Source: Candidatus Omnitrophota bacterium
Lineage (GTDB): Bacteria; Omnitrophota; Omnitrophia; Omnitrophales; Aquincolibacteriaceae
Assembly (NCBI GenBank): GCA_016930235.1
Contig: JAFGHI010000047.1
Location: forward strand, 86,215 to 150,214
DNA: 64,000 nucleotides
Direction: 5' to 3'
Within the stretch, counting starts at the first letter, position 1. Each line of letters opens with the position of its first letter. Under the pieces are notes generated by a model that was not told where the DNA came from, ran no database searches, and saw nothing but the letters and a program-made list of their open reading frames with translations. Of the stretch, positions 54,989 to 64,000 are shown piece after piece. Made by a program: the position numbers and the translations under genes.

Positions 54989-57900
54989 TTACGCCATTTG
55001 GGCGAGGTATTCGGCAACCTGCTGCTGGGTGTAGATCCACTCCAGCGCATCACGGGTGATTTCAAGGCTGGTTCCGTTATACCGAACGGCTCCGCCAAAG
55101 ACTTCGGGAATCTTCTCCAAAAGCTCCGCTGTTATTGCTGATTCGGAAGCAAAAACAGAAGACAACACCATCGCTACAGGAAATGCCGAAATCGACCGGA
55201 TATCCCGTAAATGGACAAACCGTAAGAGATACTCAGCAGAAACGTCATACGAGGGAATCCCGTAGACCAAAGCATTTGGGTTCTTCTCAAAATATCTCGC
55301 AAGATGAAGGGCCGTCGTTTGAGGATCTAAGACGATCATTTTGGCGATGCCGGATTGACGAACCGTCTTTAAAAATTCCGCGTGCGCGGGATTCTCAACA
55401 TCCCGCGGTGTGACAAAAACACGGATATCCGCTTGGACACGGGACCCATAATCCATCCTGAGTTTTTGAATCTTCTCCAAATAGGTCAAAAGCCATGCTT
55501 TGATTTGTTCGAGCTCATCACTCGTCTCATCTAAAGGAAACCCGAAGGCAAAATTGAGTTTTTCTGCGGGATGCTCTGAAAGAAACTGGTCATAGAGATT
55601 AAAGACTTCTGCCATCTTCCCTTGGACAAAATCCTCAGTCTTAGCCTCATCCCAGGCATGGACAACTTCACCAGCAACAACCTCCCCCGATTGCCTCAGG
55701 ATGTATTCGGGATTCAGAGCTTCAACGCGTACCGCCTCACGAACTGCATCGAAATTGCTACGAGTCTGATCTGCCAAAGCCCCGGCTGCTTCTTCGGCCA
55801 AGACAGTTTCAATTCCCGCTAAAGCATTCAAGGCCTGATGAGCGAGATCTTTCAAATCAAACCTGAGTGGTTGGGACATCAACCGCAATTCTGATTTTCC
55901 TTTCAATTCGCGCAATTCGCGGCTAATTAAAACCTGCGCTATTCCTAAGACCCGAAACTCAATATTTTTATCATGCTCTGTTATATCAACGATCGGAGAT
56001 TTTGAAAAAACCCGCTTGACGGTTTTAAGTTGTTCCAAGAGTTCCTCGAGATTCAAATCCTCCTCAAACCGAATCAACGCCCCGTCAACTTTTGCTTTTC
56101 GCAAGTCCTCTAAATTTATCGAGTCAGGATTTGCTATGGCCGGATAAGACGTTCGTAAATAATACTTACTATAAACGTCAAGATGCTGCTGAACGATTTT
56201 AAGGATTTCTGACCGCGTTAACGCAGCATTCTCGCCGGTTTGAAGTGCCTGGATCATTTCATCAATGAATTGCTTAGGCATTGCTAACGAATCCTCTTCC
56301 CGGAGTTCCGAGCGCTTAGCATCTCTTGTCTTCATTTTGATTGTCCAAGCAATCGGATTTTCTCCATCATAAAGGGTACCCACTTCAACATTTTCAAATC
56401 CATGCCCTTCCATTAGAGCCTGAATACCCGCTTCATCTTGAAACTTTTCAGCCGCCTGAATCGTATCCTTCCACCCGAGCTCCTTGATATCCCAGTAGGT
56501 TTTTGATTTAGCTGCCAACTCAATGGCCTTGTCTCCGTTTTCTGTCATCACACTTGCCAACTGATCTAAAATGGCTACGCCGATTTCATCACCTTGAAAC
56601 TCACCCACTGAAACTTTCAATTGCTCAGCTATTTTTTGTCTCAGCGTTTCAATGCGCTCAGCGATTTGCTTTTTTAGCAAATTCCGCCTACGAACACTCT
56701 TTGCGCTTGTCGTACTGAAAGATTGAACCAGCCCAAAAAGACCGCTCTCATCAATCCACGACTTCTGCTTAAGCCCTCGAACCATTGTCTGGACACGTTC
56801 CGAAAGAGGATGGGTGATCACAAACATAAGGATTCCGCCGGGCGCAAGGACGCGATCAATCTCAGCCAAGGATTTATTCATATCCGTAAACTCTAAGGCC
56901 TTTGTTCCGATGACCACATCAAAAACCTCGTCGCCAAAAGTCATATTTTCCGCTGACATTTGCTTAAATGTAACTGTCTCGGATCCCGTGAATTGTCTGG
57001 GTGAAAACTTGGCAAAATCAATCCCTGTCAATTCAAAATCTGCTGATAAACCGCGAGCCGCTTCCAGGGCATCTAAATCCGGCCCTGTCCCTATCTCTAG
57101 AACTCTCGCATGGGGCTCTGCTTGTTTGAGCGAAGAGAAAAATTCCTCCCAATAAGAATTAATCTGAGCGCTGCCCTCACGATTGGCCCCGGCCTGCTCA
57201 TCTCTCTTCTTCCAAAAATAATCCCACATGAGCTTACGTGACTGCGACAACATCGAAACGGTTTGTTCACCTTTCATCTGAAGAATACCCGCTGTCGAAT
57301 TGCGCAGCTCAGATCTTTCGATTTCATCCGAGCGAAAATCGGGGCGGCGGGCATCGAATCTTCGACTGAGACGAACTGCCGCTTTCAACATGGGAAAAAC
57401 ATCCCGGAAATTCGTATTAGAACCCCTTCCCGAATCAATCCAGGCAATCCCTCTTTGAGTAAATTCGTAGGGCGTATATTTCAAGAAGGCCAAAAGCAAT
57501 TCGAGGTCAAATGCGTATCCCGTCTCCGTAAGATTTCCCCGCAATATTTCGTAGATGTTTCTCGGCAGAACCTTGAGCGCAATCTGGGTATCGCTTACGT
57601 TACGAAGTGCCGGGGCTATCTTATGGACGGCACCGACAAAAGTTTCGCTCCGGAGATTAGCATACGGGCTTCTCCCCAATGTAACAGAATCGATAAGGTG
57701 CCGTGAACCTATCGCCATCCCGGCCCCTTCCTCAATAAGGGGCTTGAGAACAATTCCGATCTGCCTTAAATCAATACTGAGATCAGCATCCGTATAAATA
57801 AGGTAATGAACCCCCATCTCCAAAAGTTTATCCAACCCCAAATGGATCGCACCGCCCTTACGGCTTTGATTTGCATAGGCCGCGCCTTTTTCTCTCGCGA

Positions 57901-60900
57901 GAAAATAGACGAAAACTTTTTTATTCAATAATGTTGGGTATTCACTTCTCAAAATTTCTTCCGCTTTCCGGCCGATAAAATGCGGGTCTCCGTCATCAAC
58001 AATCGCAAGCCGGTAATCGAGAACATCCGAATATTCTCCGAATAAATCATCCAGCTGAGCTAGTTTTACCCTTAAGAAATCCTCGCCCAATTTATGCTGC
58101 GAGGGCTTTAAAATCCTGTAATGTTCATTAAACATAGCAAAGGTAATGCCGATTAAAACTGGACCCTCTAAATCGCCGTGTTGTTTTTGAACTCTTATTT
58201 CCTCTGCCAGCGCAGCGATATAGTCTTTGGATAATTTGACCTTGCCGTTAACAGCCCGCAGCTCAGGACCCGTCAAATCGACTGTAAACGGGTTCAAAAG
58301 ATCCGGTGCGATTCTTAGTTCGGAGCGTTTCTGGGGCTGGTGATACACATAAGTTCCATCCGTAGTCTCCTGAATGCCCGGGAAATGGTCTTTATCTTCG
58401 ATCATTTCCTGAAGCACTCCGCGAATAGGGATAATCCTGTCTGCTTGCTCCTCTGGGCCGCTGCTCAAAACCGCATCAGAATTTCCTTCGATTACCTTCA
58501 TCTCGCCGTTTAATTTGCCCATAACATGAACGAGATTTCTCCACCACCAACTCCTATTGAGTCTCATTTGGATTTCATCCGCCGACAAAGCCCTTCCGGG
58601 TTTTAAAGCAAGCGTGCGGTAAAATGTCCGTTTGACTCCCCACATAATTTTATTGACCAAAATTTGACCTTCTGAAGATGTATCTTGCGTCTCACTTTCA
58701 ATTATACGATCCAGCTCCCGGATCTTCTCCCGCGCAAGAGGATCTAAAAAGATTGCGTTAACAATCTTTTCCCAGCTGTTTGTCATCAATTCCATGAAGC
58801 GGCCCCAAGTGATCAGCTGCAGCCACAACACAAAACTCCTCACCTTTTGGCTTTCAGAATGCAGGCGCGCTAAATAACCAATCCCGACAACCCCGAGGGC
58901 GGCAAAAAGAAGAAAATAAGGAAATTCGGCCTGCGCTAATAGAAGCCTCAATTCCGAGCGTTGATCCGCAACTTTTGTCATGATTTTCACGCGGCGGATA
59001 GCCTCAAGTACCGGCTTCCTTTGGTTTGGCCATTGCCACAGCCCGGGCTTCCTGGCCAGAAGATTGAACTTCATCCTCAACCTTGCAACATGCTGCTGGA
59101 GCGATTGATATTGGAGGTTCTCCTGGATCGCCTCCATGTAATAAGCGCGGTAAAGGAGATCCAGAAGCTCATAAGCTTCCCGGAACTGTCCTTCCTGAGC
59201 CAGGGCTTCGACTTCCAAAGCTGCGCGTCCGGTTTCTTCCAGACGAATCCGGTGGGCAAAGAAATCGGCGCGGTGTTTGACTCCTCCCTTTTTGGATTCT
59301 ATATCACGAAGTCTGTCTTTTAAGATTTGTCCAGCTCCTTCGAGAAGACCGAGTTCCTCGGTTATCTTCATCCTGCTCGTTTGAACCGCATCTTCAATTT
59401 TTGCCAGGGCCGTGACGATATTTTCCCCTGCTTTTCTTTTATGATCCTTTGTCCCCTTATTCAAAAGACCGCCCTCGCCGCCGCGCGTATGAAGGACCCA
59501 GCCAACCATTTCCGCAACTTCCTCTTTTAAATATTCAGGAAGATCGGGCCCGTATTCCCGGAAAATATCGGTGATATAATCAATCACAACGACGCGGTTA
59601 AGGATCTGCTCATAGTCCCGGTCCTGATTCACGAGCGTATGCACCTGACTTCTTAGGGCCGTATCCAAATCTTCAAGATGAATTTCCGTCGGACGAAGCA
59701 CATACGTGACAGAGCCGTCAGGCAATGTCTCTTTGACCCAACGATCGGATTTGATTATAACTTCGCTTTCCTCACCCTCCGCCAGCTTCGGCTTCTCAAA
59801 AATCCGGAACTGATGATAATCATAAACCGTGGATACCTGACCGTGGTGTCCGACAACTTCGATTTTAAGAACGTTGGCCCGGCTAATGGCCTTTCTCCAT
59901 CTCCAAGCAAATTGCCTCGCTAAACGCAGATAACTTAAATAAGCCCCGCTCATCAGAAGGGTTTCAATCGCAGTTTCATTGAGTGACTCCATTTCAAGGT
60001 GGGTCTTGGCTTGTAGCAATTGGGTTTTGACGCGCGCAAGATGAAGAGCGACAAACTGCCGGTTAAGATCCGTAAGCCGTTTAAAATTATCATCCTGATA
60101 AGCAAAATCCCAACCTTGGTTCAAGGATTTGATTTGCACAAGCATTTCTGCTGACTTTTTTCTTAGCGCTTTCGCTTTAGCCTGAATATTTAACGCCGGA
60201 TTCTTAGAAATCGCTTCGATTTCCGATAAAAGCTTCTGCTCCTCTTCAAACCGCGGGCTTCCGGCTTCTGGGCGGATGCGGACCGAAAACGCTTCCAATC
60301 TTTGAGCGTAATTGCGAATCTCCCCGAGTTTTTCCGCCGCCTTCTCACCCTTCCCATTATCGCGAAAACGGCGGTACTGGCTAAAGAGCACGATCAATTG
60401 CCGGGCATACTTAAACATTTCGGTTGCCCGCGCCCTTGCTTGTTCGCGTAATTCATACGCGTAATCAATCTGCCGCTGAATCGCTTCCTGTGCACCCTGA
60501 TTCTGATCAGCGCGCAGTTCCGAGCGCCGTCTTTGGCCATCCTCCGCAAGCAGCCCGATTTCCCGGTAGAGAAAGTTAAGGTGGTTCCCGCTTGCCCCTT
60601 TTTTGTCTATTACCGATTGCGGGACTTGATGAGTACTCAAAGTCTCAATCATCTTTTGCATCATGTTAGGATAACGGTAATAATAGATATTGCCCGCCAC
60701 AAGAATCAAAAGTTTCAATAAGCGATGATGGGAAAACTCTTCAAAAGGCAAATCCAGCCGGTTAATCAAGAATGTTTGGTAATCAAGAATAACTTGTTTT
60801 TCGACATTGCGGATCCTCCTCCAAACCTCCTTTTCCGGCATCTTTTTTAAATCGTTAAGTGATTCTATCTTCAGTGCTTTATGCGTCCAAGGATCGCGGT

Positions 60901-63900
60901 AATGGATTGCTGATTTGGGGTCATCCAAATAATCCGTTAAAATACCGGCCATTTCTTCGGCCTTTTCCGGAGGAAATCCGTCAATCGTAAACAGGGTTTC
61001 GAAAATGCCCTGGCGTTCACCCTTGGCAAAAAACTCAAATTCTCCGAGATCAAGATCTAACGCCCGATCCCCTTTCATCACTTCGATCGCCAATCGCGGG
61101 ATGACAATTTTGAGCAAGGCCTCATGAGCCTTCTCAACTTGTCCTTGTTCGGCATATACTTCCGCGATTTGCTTCCAAATCCCAAAAGGGAGCACGCCTC
61201 CTTCTCGAGCCGCATCTCTGTAATTTTCCAAGGCTTCTTCATAAAGCTCAATCGCCTCCTCCCTTTTGCCTTGTAAGCGCTTGATGGTTGCCAGTCTAAA
61301 AAGGGATCGCCCCATAAGACCAAAAACAAATTGGACCCCGGGAGCCGGTTCTATCCGATAGTTGGGATATTGGACTTTAAAAGACTCCACGGCTTCGACC
61401 GTGCCCGCAATCGCCTTTTTCGTCTCTTCCTCAACCTTCTCCCAGTTTACTCCGATTCGGTGAAGAGCCCACTTTGCCCATCCCCGGACCCTGGTATCTG
61501 TTTCATACGGGTCTGAAAGGACATCGAGTAAAATATTGACGGCACTGGGGTACCTCAAAAGCCCCATCCCTTTGGCCGCTTCCGCCCGGACACGGTGATA
61601 TTCCCCCTTACTCTGTAAGGGAACGCCCAATAATCCGACAATCGTTTCTTTTTCCTCCCCCGTTTCATATCTCGCCTGCCCTAAAAGAAAGGCGGCATTC
61701 CTTCTTCGCATTCTGTTCTCATCACCTTTTTTCACGAGGTCTTGTTTGGCTTGCTTGATATTCTCTTCGGTAATTGTTGAAGAATAAATCTCACTAAAAA
61801 TGGCCCTCTTCAAAGCCACAAGATACGGAAGGCTAATCTGATCATTATTCCCTCTCATCCTGCGGTAAATTTCCCGGATGACTCTTCGAACGCTTTCGTT
61901 CTTATGCGGATCCAAGGATCCTTGATTTAACCCGTCATAAATTGCGCGGACCGACTCGTTTAATTGATCTAATGTACTAGCCCGCGCCAGACCGGACGAA
62001 AGATTGTAAACAACGGCCGCAAGTTCATTGCGCTTGTATGTCGTTTCTTCGTTAAGCCCAGCAACAACCTCTGACAGGTAAACCCTCCCGGTTTGTCCCG
62101 GCACATTTTCCAATTCTCCGATAGCGAGAAGAATTTGTTCGTGTTTATCTAAAAGTTGGCGCTCTCTTGGATCCGGAGCATCAGGATGTTCCTGACTCCA
62201 AACTTTTTTTTGAGCCCGCACAAACACGGGATCCCGCTCAATTTCAAGGCGTAGGCGCTTTAAATCCTCTAATCGATTGGCCTCCTTCAGGTGATCCAAA
62301 ACATACCAAAGATTTCTTGTGGTATGCCCCGTAATTCCGTCAACAAGATGCCATTCTTCTTGGTACTGGGTTTCAGCTTGAGAAATCATGTTGGAAAATT
62401 CATGACGCGCAGTGTATGAAGCGCCGATATTGGCAGAACTATAAGGGACAAACAGAATCCCGATTTCATTTAAAAATTCAACGGCCCTGGGAGTAGCAGC
62501 GTTAGGATTGGCCTCCATCACAATTTTCACTTCGCTGGTCCTGAACCGCATCGCTTGTGAAGCCGTAAACGTGTAAGGAGGTGACGTAAGAAAAAGGATG
62601 TCGGTTGGGGGACTGAATATCTTCTCTTCCCCCTCCTGCGAGGATAAATATTGAACTCCGTGGCTGTTGAAAGCATCCGCCAAATCTCGAAAATCGGGTT
62701 TCTGACCATGATTAATCCTGCGCGACGCCTCGCGGATCAAGTTTCTGGGGAGATTACCTTCCTCGGAAAAAACCGCATCGTCTGCGTCCAAAACACCCGC
62801 AAACCGTATCCCGACTGAAGCTGGATAATCATGCAGGATCACGCTCGCGATCTCTGAAGCGATTTCGCCAAATCCATAGAAGCTGACATTAAAGGATTCC
62901 GGTTCTTTGCCTCCAAAATAGTTGTTTTGAACATAAGGATGCCGGACCACCGCCAGGGCCGCTGCGACAGGCCCCACACCGTGAACTTTCCACTGTTTTT
63001 TGGGAATTCCGTGTAAAGCCTCCTCTGTGACACCAACAGCCGGAGGCAAAAACATTTTAGAAATGGGTTGCCCTTTATTTCCCCACCTTTGTTGGTCATA
63101 ACCAAAAGCCCCGAATGTGACGTAATCCATATCTTCGGGTGACATGCGTGTACCGGGTGAAGCAATGTATTTTGAGCCCAGAATATTGACGCTGACCCAT
63201 GACTTGGCAAGAGTGTCGAGGACTTTGCGTTTGTCGGCGCCCGGTCTGGCCACAACCGCCCCGTGCGCCCCGTCAAAAAAACTGTGCCCTCGGTGTGATG
63301 AATCTGAGGTTTCGGCCTGTTTTGGAATTAGCGCGAATTCGTTGGCGACTTTTCTATCAAAATCTTTACTGCCACTTGTTTCTCGGACATCAAAATAATC
63401 AACCGGTCCTTCCGATAAAATAATTTCAAGGGATTCGATGCCGGCCCTGCCCCCATAGATTGCGAGCATCGCATCAAAATCTTTTGAGTAAGTGTAATAA
63501 ATCCGGTAAGGTTTTCCTTTGGGTTTAACCCGCTTCAGAAGCCTCTTCATAAAAGGAACCGGCATCAAAGTCAGCGTTACAGGAACTTTTTGCGCTATCC
63601 GGGCCGGGTCATTAAAATTGCTCTCTTCCCAGATAATCATGTTCCACAACTGGAAAAGATCCGGCCGCTTCCTGTCGCTAAAAACACCTTGGAGTCTCCT
63701 CAGGGCCCTGTAAAGTTCATACTCCCTGACCAGCCAATTCCAAAATTCCCTGAAAAGGTTGGCCGATTTCACTGATTGGAGCCGCCCGGCGCTGGGAGTT
63801 CCTTCATTAGGAGATTTTTCTGCCTGTCTTAATTCGGCGCGGCGTGATTCTTGCGGATACATCCAGGCAACAATTTCCCGCATAAAAGAAGGCAGATCTT

Positions 63901-64000
63901 TTTGATGCCGAAGTATGTAATCTTGCCAATTTTTGGGGAAATCATTCCACGGAAGGATATGCTGTTTAATATCCACAATATAGCGCTTGGCGGATGTCCC
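54989..64000 (-). CDS. giant multidomain protein (at least 2995 aa; ORF still open at window end, N-terminus not in window). Order: ELFV-dehydrogenase-like domain, HEAT/TPR repeats, about 900-aa coiled-coil-like region, hydrophobic hairpin, GT2 glycosyltransferase domain, class I SAM methyltransferase domain, C-terminal domain of unknown function
   Basis: GDH-like: YRIYYTYSKDFD..., VSFYGFGEIASEIASVILHDYPASVGIRFAGVLDADDAVF (Rossmann), MEANPNAATPRAVEFLNEIGILFVPYSSANIGASYTARHEFSNM (about 62300..63560). HEAT: NRMRRRNAAFLLGQARYETG...AVNILLDVLSDPYETDTRVRGWAKWALHRIG (about 61350..61720). TM hairpin FPYFLLFAALGVVGIGYLARL (58865..58930). GT2: DYRLAIVDDGDP...HYLIYTDADLS...GSR (about 57350..58050). MT: ARVLEIGTGPDLDALEAARGL...FDVVIGTKALEF...LAPGGILMFVI (about 56750..57130). 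The first in-window codon is GTG at 63976 and the frame remains open through 64000. Confidence 0.85.
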   Translation of the reverse strand, partial: GTSAKRYIVDIKQHILPWNDFPKNWQDYILRHQKDLPSFMREIVAWMYPQESRRAELRQAEKSPNEGTPSAGRLQSVKSANLFREFWNWLVREYELYRALRRLQGVFSDRKRPDLFQLWNMIIWEESNFNDPARIAQKVPVTLTLMPVPFMKRLLKRVKPKGKPYRIYYTYSKDFDAMLAIYGGRAGIESLEIILSEGPVDYFDVRETSGSKDFDRKVANEFALIPKQAETSDSSHRGHSFFDGAHGAVVARPGADKRKVLDTLAKSWVSVNILGSKYIASPGTRMSPEDMDYVTFGAFGYDQQRWGNKGQPISKMFLPPAVGVTEEALHGIPKKQWKVHGVGPVAAALAVVRHPYVQNNYFGGKEPESFNVSFYGFGEIASEIASVILHDYPASVGIRFAGVLDADDAVFSEEGNLPRNLIREASRRINHGQKPDFRDLADAFNSHGVQYLSSQEGEEKIFSPPTDILFLTSPPYTFTASQAMRFRTSEVKIVMEANPNAATPRAVEFLNEIGILFVPYSSANIGASYTARHEFSNMISQAETQYQEEWHLVDGITGHTTRNLWYVLDHLKEANRLEDLKRLRLEIERDPVFVRAQKKVWSQEHPDAPDPRERQLLDKHEQILLAIGELENVPGQTGRVYLSEVVAGLNEETTYKRNELAAVVYNLSSGLARASTLDQLNESVRAIYDGLNQGSLDPHKNESVRRVIREIYRRMRGNNDQISLPYLVALKRAIFSEIYSSTITEENIKQAKQDLVKKGDENRMRRRNAAFLLGQARYETGEEKETIVGLLGVPLQSKGEYHRVRAEAAKGMGLLRYPSAVNILLDVLSDPYETDTRVRGWAKWALHRIGVNWEKVEEETKKAIAGTVEAVESFKVQYPNYRIEPAPGVQFVFGLMGRSLFRLATIKRLQGKREEAIELYEEALENYRDAAREGGVLPFGIWKQIAEVYAEQGQVEKAHEALLKIVIPRLAIEVMKGDRALDLDLGEFEFFAKGERQGIFETLFTIDGFPPEKAEEMAGILTDYLDDPKSAIHYRDPWTHKALKIESLNDLKKMPEKEVWRRIRNVEKQVILDYQTFLINRLDLPFEEFSHHRLLKLLILVAGNIYYYRYPNMMQKMIETLSTHQVPQSVIDKKGASGNHLNFLYREIGLLAEDGQRRRSELRADQNQGAQEAIQRQIDYAYELREQARARATEMFKYARQLIVLFSQYRRFRDNGKGEKAAEKLGEIRNYAQRLEAFSVRIRPEAGSPRFEEEQKLLSEIEAISKNPALNIQAKAKALRKKSAEMLVQIKSLNQGWDFAYQDDNFKRLTDLNRQFVALHLARVKTQLLQAKTHLEMESLNETAIETLLMSGAYLSYLRLARQFAWRWRKAISRANVLKIEVVGHHGQVSTVYDYHQFRIFEKPKLAEGEESEVIIKSDRWVKETLPDGSVTYVLRPTEIHLEDLDTALRSQVHTLVNQDRDYEQILNRVVVIDYITDIFREYGPDLPEYLKEEVAEMVGWVLHTRGGEGGLLNKGTKDHKRKAGENIVTALAKIEDAVQTSRMKITEELGLLEGAGQILKDRLRDIESKKGGVKHRADFFAHRIRLEETGRAALEVEALAQEGQFREAYELLDLLYRAYYMEAIQENLQYQSLQQHVARLRMKFNLLARKPGLWQWPNQRKPVLEAIRRVKIMTKVADQRSELRLLLAQAEFPYFLLFAALGVVGIGYLARLHSESQKVRSFVLWLQLITWGRFMELMTNSWEKIVNAIFLDPLAREKIRELDRIIESETQDTSSEGQILVNKIMWGVKRTFYRTLALKPGRALSADEIQMRLNRSWWWRNLVHVMGKLNGEMKVIEGNSDAVLSSGPEEQADRIIPIRGVLQEMIEDKDHFPGIQETTDGTYVYHQPQKRSELRIAPDLLNPFTVDLTGPELRAVNGKVKLSKDYIAALAEEIRVQKQHGDLEGPVLIGITFAMFNEHYRILKPSQHKLGEDFLRVKLAQLDDLFGEYSDVLDYRLAIVDDGDPHFIGRKAEEILRSEYPTLLNKKVFVYFLAREKGAAYANQSRKGGAIHLGLDKLLEMGVHYLIYTDADLSIDLRQIGIVLKPLIEEGAGMAIGSRHLIDSVTLGRSPYANLRSETFVGAVHKIAPALRNVSDTQIALKVLPRNIYEILRGNLTETGYAFDLELLLAFLKYTPYEFTQRGIAWIDSGRGSNTNFRDVFPMLKAAVRLSRRFDARRPDFRSDEIERSELRNSTAGILQMKGEQTVSMLSQSRKLMWDYFWKKRDEQAGANREGSAQINSYWEEFFSSLKQAEPHARVLEIGTGPDLDALEAARGLSADFELTGIDFAKFSPRQFTGSETVTFKQMSAENMTFGDEVFDVVIGTKALEFTDMNKSLAEIDRVLAPGGILMFVITHPLSERVQTMVRGLKQKSWIDESGLFGLVQSFSTTSAKSVRRRNLLKKQIAERIETLRQKIAEQLKVSVGEFQGDEIGVAILDQLASVMTENGDKAIELAAKSKTYWDIKELGWKDTIQAAEKFQDEAGIQALMEGHGFENVEVGTLYDGENPIAWTIKMKTRDAKRSELREEDSLAMPKQFIDEMIQALQTGENAALTRSEILKIVQQHLDVYSKYYLRTSYPAIANPDSINLEDLRKAKVDGALIRFEEDLNLEELLEQLKTVKRVFSKSPIVDITEHDKNIEFRVLGIAQVLISRELRELKGKSELRLMSQPLRFDLKDLAHQALNALAGIETVLAEEAAGALADQTRSNFDAVREAVRVEALNPEYILRQSGEVVAGEVVHAWDEAKTEDFVQGKMAEVFNLYDQFLSEHPAEKLNFAFGFPLDETSDELEQIKAWLLTYLEKIQKLRMDYGSRVQADIRVFVTPRDVENPAHAEFLKTVRQSGIAKMIVLDPQTTALHLARYFEKNPNALVYGIPSYDVSAEYLLRFVHLRDIRSISAFPVAMVLSSVFASESAITAELLEKIPEVFGGAVRYNGTSLEITRDALEWIYTQQQVAEYLAQMA

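Noticed and set aside
1-64000. CRISPR arrays, tRNA/rRNA genes, IS elements or integrases
   Set aside because: No regularly spaced direct repeats, no tRNA-like GTTCGAATC T-loop contexts outside coding sequence, and no transposase or integrase motifs (DDE, R-H-R-Y) were seen in any translated ORF.

Overview
This 64-kb window comes from a moderate-GC bacterial chromosome (roughly mid-40s % GC by eye). Almost all genes lie on the minus strand. No rRNA, tRNA, CRISPR array, transposase or integrase was recognised.

Three blocks are present.

(1) Housekeeping genes at the left end: a ClC channel, TPR proteins, an MBL-fold hydrolase, folA, thyA, an orphan AmmeMemoRadiSam-type radical SAM enzyme and mutY.

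(2) A roughly 35-kb, strictly co-directional and translationally coupled glycan-assembly super-operon (minus strand, 43577 down to 8598). It starts with an excisionase-type HTH protein and a NusG paralog (RfaH/UpxY/LoaP-like antiterminator). It continues with an MsbA/PglK-like ABC exporter and at least 12 GT4 domains, several of them fused in tandem and/or to methyltransferases. It also holds 5 GT2 enzymes, a GT9, 6 SAM methyltransferase genes or domains (one FkbM-type), two GT-C (ArnT/PMT-like) membrane transferases, a UbiA-family polyprenyl-phosphate phosphoribosyltransferase, a WaaL/Wzy_C-family ligase, a polysaccharide deacetylase, a PglE-like aminotransferase, a PglC-PglF-like fusion and a DUF2079 membrane protein.

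(3) A right-hand block: paralogous small secreted proteins, pyrE, trmJ-like, a GDPD, cobO, pepA, an SGNH hydrolase, rnhA and cysE. It ends with a giant minus-strand ORF of more than 2995 codons that stays open to the window edge.

The giant ORF combines a Glu/Leu/Phe/Val-dehydrogenase-like domain (apparently lacking the catalytic Lys), HEAT/TPR repeats, about 900 aa of coiled-coil-like sequence, a hydrophobic hairpin, a GT2 domain, a SAM methyltransferase domain and an uncharacterised C-terminal domain. All functional calls rest on motif recognition in the supplied translations. No database search was run. Many predicted starts use TTG/GTG in the ORF track and were adjusted where an in-frame ATG abutting the upstream stop (ATGA overlap) was evident.
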